NCBI GenBank assembly: GCA_030390025.1
Contig: CM059432.1
Span: forward strand, 132,310,001 to 132,374,000
Source of the DNA: Squalus acanthias
Lineage: Eukaryota
Length of the DNA: 64,000 nt
Reading direction: 5' to 3'
A model generated the notes under the pieces. That model saw only the letters and a program-made list of their open reading frames with translations. It did not search any database and was not told the DNA's origin. A program made the position numbers and the translations under genes. This document shows positions 48,980 to 59,204 of the stretch, piece after piece; position 1 is the first letter of the stretch, and each line of letters starts with the position of its first letter.

Positions 48980-50853
48980 CTACTTTTTGCCCTTCGAGGG
49001 TGATCTCCTTCCCTTGCGCACTTCCCCCCTTCTAACCCTACTGCTCCTCCGTAATGGGACCTCAGTGGCTGCAGCAAGGCTGGTGGAAGGCTGCTGCTCG
49101 TCAGACCCTGACACTGCAGATGCCCCTGAAGGACGGCCTCGACCAGTTCTGGGCCTGGAGGGCCCGGCTGCAGACTGCACCAACTCTGCATGGGCGGCAG
49201 CAGTCTGTCCTACAGGCGGTGGCAAGTGCAGTGGAGAAGTGACAGTGTTGGCAGCAGGAATGCTGTCATCGTGAGAGAGGACAGCAACTCCCTGCTCGCC
49301 CGACACACTGGCACTCCCACGGGGCAGCACTTCAGCATCCGGAGTAATCTGCTGGAGAACAGATTGCTGGCCTGCTGCGGCGCGGTGAGAGCCCCGGGGA
49401 CATGTGAACGAACCATCGAGGTTGGCAGCAGTCTGTGCTCGCGTGGCCTCAATCTGAGTCTGCATGAGAGCAGTCAGAGATGGGATCACGGCAGCCAGTG
49501 ACTGAATTGCAGCACTAAGCGTTAGTGTGGCATCCGCCTGTACTACAGCGAAGTGCTCCACACTCCTTGCCAGTGACTCAATGCATTCGGGCACCCTTCC
49601 CACTGCACCCATGAGCTCAGTGTGCATGCCAACCGCCTGGGTGTTCATTTCTGCGATCAGCCGCTCCTCCTCTGCGTCCATTGCAGTAGGAGTCTCTGGC
49701 CTACTCTCCCTCTGGGGAGAAGGCCCCCGTTCTTCCCTACCCCCATGGCGTTGCTGCAGCCCGCTGGGTCCTGGAGCTTCACCCTCATCAGACCCTTCCC
49801 CCCTGCTCCCCTCCAGGGAAGGCGTGTTCCCAGTGTGGGCATGGGCTTCCTCGGGAGAGGGTGGCACTGATGCTCCGGCTTCCTCTTCCTCCTCGGCTGC
49901 AGCTTCACTCCCAGTGGCAGCTTCAGGGCCCATCTCCTCAGCTGGTGAATCACCATCTGAAAGCAGGGAGGTACAAGAGTGGCTTTAGCGTGAGGACAGG
50001 GTGGCAGTAAGGGAGGAATAAGTGCAGCGAGTTAGCAAGTTGGATTGAAAGTGTCAAAGGCTGGTGTTGTGAGGGACAAGTGGAAGGACAGAGGACAAAA
50101 AGGTGATGACCTTACCATTGCTGTCCAGAACGGGGTCGGCGTCTCCAGTGGCGACGGGACCGATCACCCGGCTTGCCACAATCCTGTGGACGCGCTCCTC
50201 AAGATCGCTGAGGGGTTGCAGCTGAGGCCGCCCTCCACCTGTCCGTTGCTGCTGTCTCCGATTATGCGCCAGCTTGGCCTGTAAGAAAAAGGACAGCATC
50301 TGAGTAAATATACAGCCATGGTCTTGCCTGATGTGCCTCCCATAGGTGAATAGCCCTTACTGTATACAGCCATGGTCTTGCCTGATGTGCCTCCCATAGG
50401 TGAATAGCCCTTACTGTATACAGCCATGGTCTTGCCTGATGTGCCTCCCATAGGTGAATAGCCCTTACTGTATGCAAAGTGTGGAATGTGTGTGTGTGTT
50501 TCATGAAAGGGCCATAGGTGTTGGATGAGTGTTGTGCATTGGGGTTTTAAGACCCTCTGGCCATAGAGTGAGGTTGAGATGGAGGGATGGAGAGGTATTG
50601 AGAAAAAGCCACTCACCCTGACGACCCGAGTGAGGTCGTTGAACTTTTTGCGGCATTGAACATGGGTCCTGGGCACCATGCTCCTGGAGGAGACGCTCTG
50701 AGCCACCTCCCTCCACACTCTTCTGTACTAGCGTGGCAAAGGCCTCCTGCCACTCTCAGGGAAGAGTATACATCTTCTGCGCTCCACCGCGCCAACCAGA
50801 GCATCCAAGGCCCGCTCGGTGAAGCGATGAGCTCGTTCTCTCACCCTCTCCAT
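48980..50853 (-). pseudogene. Harbinger Myb/SANT-like gene, 3 exons (50853-50617, 50278-50116, 49956-48980), 458 codons with an in-frame TAG at codon 42
   Basis: MERVRERAHRFTERALDALVGAVERRRCILF..PR*YRRVWREVAQSVS..RTHVQCRKKFNDL; GT-AG sites join in frame to AKLAHNRRQQQRTGGG and to an acidic exon ending in a basic tail. Confidence 0.88.
50309..50470. repeat. Perfect 54-bp tandem repeat, three copies, in intron 1 of the Myb-like gene
   Basis: Unit TATACAGCCATGGTCTTGCCTGATGTGCCTCCCATAGGTGAATAGCCCTTACTG. Confidence 0.95.
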
Positions 50854-51569
50854 CCTTGGCAGCAAAATGGATTCACAGGTCTCTCCAGGCCGAGATTCAA
50901 GGCTGCAATGAGCAGGGTGTGGCTGGGGAGCAAGTTGGCCCCCCCCGCTTTAAGAAGTGGCCGGCGCCAGTGTGTCTGTGTTCCCTCGCTAACTGGCAGC
51001 AGCTGCGCTGCGCTCGCGCGCTGAGTTAGCGCCTCACTGCTCGGCCTTTGCGCCTTAAGACAGGTGTGCAGCGCCTGATTTAGCGCTCCACTCACCTCCC
51101 GGGGCGGTAAAAGTGAAGTTTCCAGTCAGTGGCGATAATTAGCGCCAGGCGCTAATATTTGCGTCCAGACGATATTTGCGCCCCAAACGGGGCGCGACCT
51201 AATTTTTCCCCCTATGTGTTTAGTGGTGGGATCATGTTGGACGTGTCAGAAATTGCGTTAGATGATCTATCAAATGTGGAGGTGAGGACAAGGGGGGGGA
51301 CCTATCTCAACTAACTCACTAATGTCCTGCAGGGAAGGAAACCTGCCAGCCCTACCCTGTCTGGCATGGATGTGACCGCACTCTGACATGCTGCGGTTGA
51401 CGATTGATGCTCTTTCAAGTGGCCTAGCAAGCCGCCCAGCTGTAGAAACATTTGTTAGAAGGCGGCCCACCATCACTTTCTCAGGCCAACCAGAGATGGG
51501 CAATAAATACAGCCTTGCCAGCATTGCCCACATCCTGGCAACAAAGTGGCATTGACAGTGATAACAATT

Positions 51570-51930
51570 TACATTTATATAGATCCCTTAATGTAGGAAA
51601 AACAGTACCAAGGTGCTTCACAGAGATGCAAGGAAAAAACAAACTCCCAGCCACCGACATTAGGAGGGGTGCCTGAAAGCTTGGCCGAAGAGGTGGGTTT
51701 TACAAGGGTTCTTAAAGTAGGAGAGGGAGGTGGAAGTGTTTAGGGAGGGAATTCCACAGCATGGGGCCTAGGTGGCCGAAAGCGCGGCTGCCACTGGTGG
51801 GGCAAGGGTGGCGGGGGGTGGGAGAGTGGAGATACACAAGAGGCCAGAGTCAGTGGGACAGAGAACTGGGGGGGGGGGGGGGTGGGGGGTGGTATTGTAG
51901 AGCTGGAGGAGGTTACAGATATAGGGACAT
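51570..51930 (-). mobile_element. Decayed L2 3' fragment
   Basis: Homologous to 26320-26660. Confidence 0.65.
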
Positions 51931-51952
51931 CAACTAAGAGTCTACATTAACA

Positions 51953-52131
51953 AGTCAGGCAGCATCTGTAGAGAGAGAAACAGAGTTAACGTTTCAGGTC
52001 GATGACTCTTTGTCATGAACCCGAAACGTTAACTCTGTTTCTCTCTTCACAGATGCTGCTTGCCCTGCTGAGTATTTCCAGCATTTTCTGTTTTTATTTC
52101 AGATTTCCAGCATCCGCAGTATTTTGATTTT
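51953..52131. mobile_element. Penelope family A fold-back mini-element with 13-bp TSD
   Basis: Inverted arms centred at about 52008; TSD GTCTACATTAACA at 51940-51952 and 52132-52144. Confidence 0.85.
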
Positions 52132-52379
52132 GTCTACATTAACATGCTGACTCTGGTATTGTCTGTTCCTGGAGAGTTTCTCTGTCCATTACAAACAACT
52201 GTCTTTGTTTCCTTATACCTTTCTTTAAAAAGTGTGACACTTAAAAGTGTAATAGCCAATAAATACAGACCTACGATGGACAGAAAATACATGGCAAAGA
52301 TAGAAAAACGGGTTAAAACACCTAAAGATTGACTGAGAAAACCCACAAATTGGTGGGCAAATTTAGGGGATTTGTATAA

Positions 52380-52396
52380 CAGCGCCACCTAGTGCT
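52380..52396 (-). promoter_or_regulatory. CTCF-like motif
   Basis: GCACTAGGTGGCGCTG on the minus strand resembles the CTCF core consensus. Motif match only. Confidence 0.45.
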
Positions 52397-52799
52397 GGGA
52401 GGCCAACAACTACAGGGTGACGGAAAAACCTTATGTCAACATTTGCCTATTATAAATGTTGACACAAAAAGCATGGCACAAAAATTGTGACACTGCAACC
52501 AATAATTTGTGCCAGTCCTCTTAGTGAACAATGCCATTCCACCTTGTCAGCACATTTGTGCATCAGGATATGATATTAACATATGAAGTACTCAATATAA
52601 ATTGAGAATCTGATACACAAGTGCATGTAGAATCATAGATAGAATCATACGGCACAGAAGGAGGCCAGCCAGACCATCCTGCCTGTGTCGGCTCTTTGAG
52701 AGAGCTATCAAATTAGTGCCACTCCCCTGCTCTTTCCCCATTGCCTAGCAAAAGGATTATGTAAATACTTTTGGTAAATTCTCCAACAATAAAGGCCAG

Positions 52800-53011
52800 G
52801 TACAAAAGCAAGATACTGCGGATGCTGGAAATCTGAAATGAAAACAGAAAATGCTGGAAATACTCAGCAGGTCAGGCAGCATCTGTGGAGAGAGAAACAG
52901 AGTTAACGTTTCAGGTCGATGACCCTTCGTCAGAACTGGAAAAAGCTGGAGATGGAACAGGTTTTTAAGCAAGTGTAGGGGCCGGGAAAGGGGGGAGGGG
53001 AGGAAAGAACA
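52800..53011 (-). mobile_element. Solo Penelope family A terminus with tail; intact hammerhead at 52901-52937
   Basis: AAAGGCCAG at 52791-52799 and 53012-53020; minus strand AGTT-CTGACGA-A-GGGTC atc GACCT-GAAACGTT-AACT. Confidence 0.82.
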
Positions 53012-53716
53012 AAAGGCCAGATATTTGGATTTTAAAAAATGTAGCCTCTCAGAGGCATTTATTTATTAGAGAACAGTTGCTTGCATTTTATGTATAGTAT
53101 AAATGCAGTTCTGCTTCCCAAACTGTTTTTGTTCTAATGCGACAGTTATAAAAGTTGCACTGATTTGACAGATTTAAAGAGAAAATCTGAAAGTATCTAC
53201 AACGTCACCACCTTTTCACCTGGTTTGCAGTGCAGGCTTATGGAGCAGTGTTAACCTTTCTCATAACAAGAACAGTGAAAGTAGCACACTTGAGTTACAT
53301 ACTTACAGCCGGTTAAATATTTTTCCTTCCAAAAATATCGGATCAGGTTTCTAAGAGACATACTGTTCATGCAGTATCAGGCAATCCATGTGCACAAATA
53401 CAAAGCGACAGGATTCACCATCACATTCTGTAATATAGTCCCCTGCTAGAAAATAGCTTGTGGCCTCCAATGCCAAGCCTCTTGTCAAAGGGCTTGAGGA
53501 TGTTTTCTTCATCTCTTCCAACAAATGAAGCAAAACTCACTCTTTACAGGTTATGACGTCAAAAGAAAACTTTACAGAGGTTCTTGTGCACGCTGATTGT
53601 CTAGCTAACCAATTGGACTTTTAGAAGTCAATAATATTTCAATAATATTTCCTCTCCAACTGTAAATGCAGCAAATTTGGGTTCCTTTGTTGATCTGCAC
53701 AGCCTTAAGAGACACA

Positions 53717-55052
53717 TGATGCGGAGATGCCGGTGTTGGACTGGGGTGAACAAAAATGAGAAGTCGCACAACACCAGGTTATAGTCCAACAGTTTTATTT
53801 GAAATCACAAGCTTTCGGAGCTTACGTGGCCCCTTCCTCAGGTGAAGTAAAGAAATACAGAATCGACCAAGCATATATAGATAGAGAACAATGCATGTGT
53901 AACTTACAATGGCAGACGACTACATTTAAATCATCCTGACTGTTTATCTGCCGAGGTGTGACAAAAGGCAATCAGGTCAGCCAGGAAGGTACCACATCAA
54001 AGACATAGCAAGATACAACTGAGACAATGAGGTGGGGTCACAGGGGGTCCAATGTGTCAAAAGCCGCAGTCGGTATGGGAAACGATAAACTTTAAAATTT
54101 TTACTTTTTTACTGGGAATCACATCTGTGAACAAGCCAACGACGACTCGAGTCTGGATCACGTCATGTATCGTGACATAAACCCAAGATCCCGGTTGAGG
54201 CCGTCCTCATGAGTGCGGAACTTGGCTATCAGTTTCTGCTCGATGATTTTGCGTTGTCGTGTGTTTCTAAGGCCGCCTTGGAGAACGCTTACCCGCAGAT
54301 CCGAGGCTGAATGTCCTTGACTGCTGAAGTGTTCCCCGACTGGGAGGGAACACTCCTGCCTGGTGATTGTTGCGTGGTGTCCGTTCATACGTTGTCTCAG
54401 TGTTCATACTGAGACAACGTATGAACGGACACCGCGCAACAATCACCAGGCAGGAGTGTTCCCTCCCAGTCGGGGAACACTTCAGCAGTCAAGGACATTC
54501 AGCCTCGGATCTGCGGGTAAGCGTTCTCCAAGGCGGCCTTAGAAACACACGACAACGCAAAATCATCGAGCAGAAACTGATAGCCAAGTTCCGCACTCAT
54601 GAGGACGGCCTCAACCGGGATCTTGGGTTTATGTCACGATACATGACGTGATCCAGACTCGAGTCGTCGTTGGCTTGTTCACAGATGTGATTCCCAGTAA
54701 AAAAGTAAAAATTTTAAAGTTTATCGTTTCCCATACCGACTGCGGCTTTTGACACATTGGACCCCCTGTGACCCCACCTCATTGTCTCAGTTGTATCTTG
54801 CTATGTCTTTGATGTGGTACCTTCCTGGCTGACCTGATTGCCTTTTGTCACACCTCGGCAGATAAACAGTCAGGATGATTTAAATGTAGTCGTCTGCCAT
54901 TGTAAGTTACACATGCATTGTTCTCTATCTATATATGCTTGGTCGATTCTGTATTTCTTTACTTCACCTGAGGAAGGGGCCACGTAAGCTCCGAAAGCTT
55001 GTGATTTCAAATAAAACTGTTGGACTATAACCTGGTGTTGTGCGACTTCTCA
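53717..55052. mobile_element. Penelope family B fold-back element: 647-bp inverted arms holding the GIY-YIG C-terminus, 3' UTR and hammerheads
   Basis: Arms 53755-54401 and 54408-55054 with spacer GTTCAT; mirrored ORFs MNGH(H/R)ATI..PVGEHFS..EQKLIAKFRTHEDGLN; TSD TTAAGAGACACA at 53705-53716 and 55053-55064. Confidence 0.93.
54964..55004 (+). ncRNA. Minimal type I hammerhead ribozyme motif (mirror copy at 53805-53845, minus strand)
   Basis: UCAC-CUGAGGA-A-GGGGC cacguaa GCUCC-GAA-AGCU-U-GUGA. Confidence 0.78.
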
Positions 55053-55439
55053 TTAAGAGACACAGGCACACTAGTGCCTTTTCTGAATGAAAGATGGATT
55101 GTCTTAGGGATTTTATCTTCCTCTAGTACTCACAAAGATTAGAAGATTTTGATAGCGAAATGTGGAGCTGAGCCTCACCGAAACGCATTTGGCATCAATG
55201 GCTCTTGAGGTCCACTATCTCCCAGATTTCATCATCCAGTTTTTTTTTGCAAAACAGCCTACCCATCTTGAGTTTGAATACTGTTGCTTTACCCATACCA
55301 TCTAACTATAATAAATGTTGCAAAGTTGCCAATTCAGCAAACAGCCTGGTTAGTGTCGCAAATCAATTACCTTGTTTCCTTGGCTCCTCTGTGCATGTCT
55401 GTACTGAATGTGTGGTGTTGGTGAATGTTTTTGGATATC

Positions 55440-55822
55440 TTCTCATCCTTGTTTTCAAATCCCTCCATGGCCTCACCCCTCCCGATTTCTGTAACCTCCT
55501 CCAGCCCTACAACCCTCCGAGATCTCTGCACTTCTCCAATTCTGGGCTCTTATGCATCCCCGATTGTCTTTGCTCCACCATTGGCGGCTGTGCCTTCAGC
55601 TGCCTGAACAATAAGCACTGGAATTCCCTCCCTAAACCTCTCCGCCTCTTTATCCTCCTTAAGGCACTCCTTAAAACCTACCTCTTCGTCCAAGCTTTTG
55701 GTGATCTGTCCTAATATCCCCCTATGTGGCTTGGTGTCAAATTTTGTTTGATAATCGCTCCTCTGAACAGTCTTTGGACATTTTATTACATTAAAGGTGC
55801 TATATAAATGCTAGTTGTTGTT
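55440..55822 (+). mobile_element. L2 3' fragment
   Basis: LILVFKSLHGLTP..WNSLP..LLKTYLF. Confidence 0.85.
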
Positions 55823-57581
55823 ATTCAAAACCATAAACTTCAGGGGTGCCTCGACCACTCTGCATTGACCAAAAGTAGCTGGATGGATGACAGGCACTTT
55901 AAAAAAAAGTCACTGTTTTCCATTTTTGCCTGGTAACAAGAAAGCAGCCATTGGTAATCAATGGATCAGTATCATTGCTGCTTATACAGCAGCATGTTTA
56001 GTATCGGAATAATAGGCTGCATCAGCAGATCAAGTCATGCACATTTTTGTAGCACTGTTTAATGAAAGTCCTGCCTTGCAACTGCCTAAAAGAATAGTTA
56101 ACTCAGTTTCATTTCAGTACAATCCCTGCCTCGTGTCCTCAGTGTTTACAGCATGAATCCTGAACAGATAGGGACCTTAACAGACACTTCTGTGACTGCG
56201 GGGTTGTAATTTAATCCCTTCACCCTGCTGGGAGAGTTGACTTTATGACATCTCATAAACACAGTCAAACCTATGTTGGCAGAGGATGTAGATAGAGAGA
56301 CGCATGGGTAGTGACAACTTAGCAATGTGATTTTGCTATGAATAAAATAATTAGTGTAATTATCATCGTGGATATAACCTGATCAGAATTGCCCATGCGA
56401 ATTGCATTGTTATCTTTGCGATCCAGTTAAATGCTATACAGTCCAAATCCTCACAACCATCCAGCACTTAAGGAGCGTTGTCACTGTAAAAGAAGTGGTT
56501 AGCATGCACACAAGAAAGTGCAACAATGGGATGACAGAAGTTATGGCAAAATGCATCATTATGCTGCTTGTGCCTGTCGTTATGTGGAAAATGAGGCACC
56601 ATTGTTCCCTTTCCACAGTAAGTCAGTGCCCCTTTAAATGCTCGACATTATGGAGTGAGTTCAAAGCATATATTGGCTCAGTTGGCGGCACTCATGTCTC
56701 TGAGTCAGCTGTGGGATTATATCCCACTCTAGGACTTATGTACAGAATCCAGGCTGACACTTCAGTGCAACAATGACAGCATCACTGACAATGCAGGATG
56801 CTGTCTTTCAGAGGAGACATTAATCAAGGCTCCATCTACCTGTATAGGTGGATTTTAAGGATCAAAGGGCACTATTCAAAAAAGAGCAGTGTTTTTTTTC
56901 TGGCCAACATTCTTCACCCTACCAACCCCACCACAACAAATAGATCAACTAGTCACTCACAGTTATTATAGTTTCTGGTTCTTCTTGTATACAAAATGAC
57001 AACCTCATCCATCTACATAGCAAGTGACTGCACTTCAAAATGATTCATAGTATGTGAAGCTGTTTCAGGTATCCCAAAAGGGCTGATAAGGTGGTAGAAA
57101 ACATGCAAATCTTCCTTACCAATGCTGAAGAAAGATCTCAAAAGTTTCTCCCAGCTAAATTAACTTTGCAGTAAGCCCATCGGCGATATAAACGCTTGAG
57201 TGTTATGTATTAATTCCTATTGATACACAGGAAATGTAAAGTAAGGCCAGGCAGTGGTATCCAAATGGTGGGCCGTGAGCCTTGGCAATCCAGCTGTCAA
57301 AGTTCAGGCAAGCCAGTCCTCTTGGTGTTAAGATATATTTTTTTAATTGTGGGTTCTCTTGTTTGTATTTTTGGGGCCTGGAGGTTTTGATAGGGTGATT
57401 TTTTGTAAGCCTTGTTGCCTCATTGGTGGATAAATCCTACATCAGAACCCAAAGACCTGTTAGTATCAACAACTTGAGACATATGCAAATTAGTGGCAAC
57501 ATGGATTTAAACTCTCTACGCGGCCTCCACACCTGTGTGGCCTTTAGGGCCTGGTTCCCACATTTCCTACCCTAAATTTGT

Positions 57582-57588
57582 GTCAGCC

Positions 57589-57623
<35 letters not shown>

Positions 57624-58030
57624 TGACAGTTGTGGGTTCAAATCCCACCTCAGTGAGACTGAAGCACAGAAATCTAGGTTGACACTCCAGTGGAGTGCTG
57701 CACTGTTGGAGGTGCCACCTTTTGAATGAGACGTTAAACAAAGGTCTTGTCTGCTCTCTCAGGTTGATGTAAAGAACCCATGGTGCTATTTTGAAGAAGA
57801 GCAGGGGAGTTATTCCTGGTGTCCTGGCCAATATTTATTCCTCAATCAACATCACTAAATCAGATTATCTGGTCATCACATTGCTGTTTGCGGGAGCTTG
57901 CTGTGTGCAAATTGGCTGCCGTGTTTCCTACATTACAACAGTGACTACACTTCAAAAGTATTTCATAGGCTGTAAAGTGCTTTGAGACAACCTGAGGTTG
58001 TGAAAAGCGCTATATAAATGCAAGTCTTTC
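57582..58030 (+). mobile_element. DeuSINE, near full length (other copies at about 31360-31530, 36870-37015, 56670-57110 and 58970-59190)
   Basis: A box TGGCTCAGTAGG, B box GGTTCAAATCC, Deu-domain and L2-like tail. Confidence 0.82.
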
Positions 58031-59204
58031 TAAATTTAAGTGATCTTGACATAGTAGCCACTTTGCTAGTGTCGATTCAGCCAACAAATATAGGTAGCTG
58101 TAGTAATAACCCCAGGACTAACTCAAAGTTTAAATAGTAAATAGATACTTACAAGGTACAAAAAAAGTCTCAGAATATCGACTATTTAACATACAAATGC
58201 TGGATAAGCATCTACACACCGTTTATCATCTGGGCTCGGATTTGCAGAACACCAAGAGATTTCAGCTTTGTATTATTGTGCATAATATGACTTGATAATA
58301 GAGAATAATGGATAGCAGCAATTACAAGGAAGTAATCTAATCGAGGATGATGCCACAAACTCCAAGAGTAAAGCTTAAGTGATTTATAACTTGTCATCTG
58401 AACAGTCAGTACATTACAGCCTTGAAACTCTTCCATGACTTTAAAAAAAAAATAGTTTCCACGAAAGTTTTATTCAGTTTATAATCCTTTTTGCATTGAC
58501 AGACCAGTGGTCTCTGATATTAATGCATGGCAATGGTAAAACTCAGGGATTGGCCATTGTGCCATTACTGTTAAGTTTAATGAGAAATAACTTACAATTA
58601 CCAGGAAATGTGGCCAGTATGGATTCTATTAAACAGACCACTGCAAACAGAGCAGCTTCTTCAAAATGTAAGCTGCATGTAACTACTCCTGGTCACTTAT
58701 GCACGGAAAGTCACTCCCATACTGTAGTTCTTAAGGAAAAGCCTATTGCTTTAAATCAATGTTATTCGCTAAATGTCAGTCAGTGACCACAATCCCAAGG
58801 AAATGTCTTGCTCGTACTCAGGAATGCTACCTGCAGTTCCCCACCACACACAGCTCCTGATTTCAAACCTGGCGTATGCTGATTGAAGGTGACACGATTT
58901 CCCTGAGGTGACAAGTAACTACTGGACTGATCCTATTGTTTTAATATAGCCTTTTCACTTGCTTGATGGATGGTGTCCTGGCCAATATTTATCCCTCACC
59001 CAACATAACAAAACCAGATTATCTGGTCATTATCACATTACTGTTTGTGGGAAGCTTGTTGTGCACAAATTGGCTGCTGCGTGTCCCACATTATAACAGT
59101 GACTCCACTTCAAAAGTACTTCATTGGCTGTAAAGCGTTTTGAGATGTCTGGTGGTCGTGAAAGACGCTATATAAATGCAAGTCTTTCTTTATGTTGGGA
59201 TAAC

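Larger units (their letters stand above)
46996..51212. mobile_element. Full-length PIF/Harbinger DNA transposon (4217 bp)
   Basis: TIR GGGGTAAAAATT / AATTTTTCCCCC (11 of 12 match), 3-bp TSD TAT (46993-46995 and 51213-51215), two convergent genes. Confidence 0.95.

Noticed and set aside
50309..50470. CRISPR-like array or an 18-aa peptide repeat
   Set aside because: There are no spacers; it is a plain tandem repeat inside a predicted intron.
52134..52388. Small membrane-protein ORF
   Set aside because: No recognisable homology; the hydrophobicity is explained by T-rich composition.
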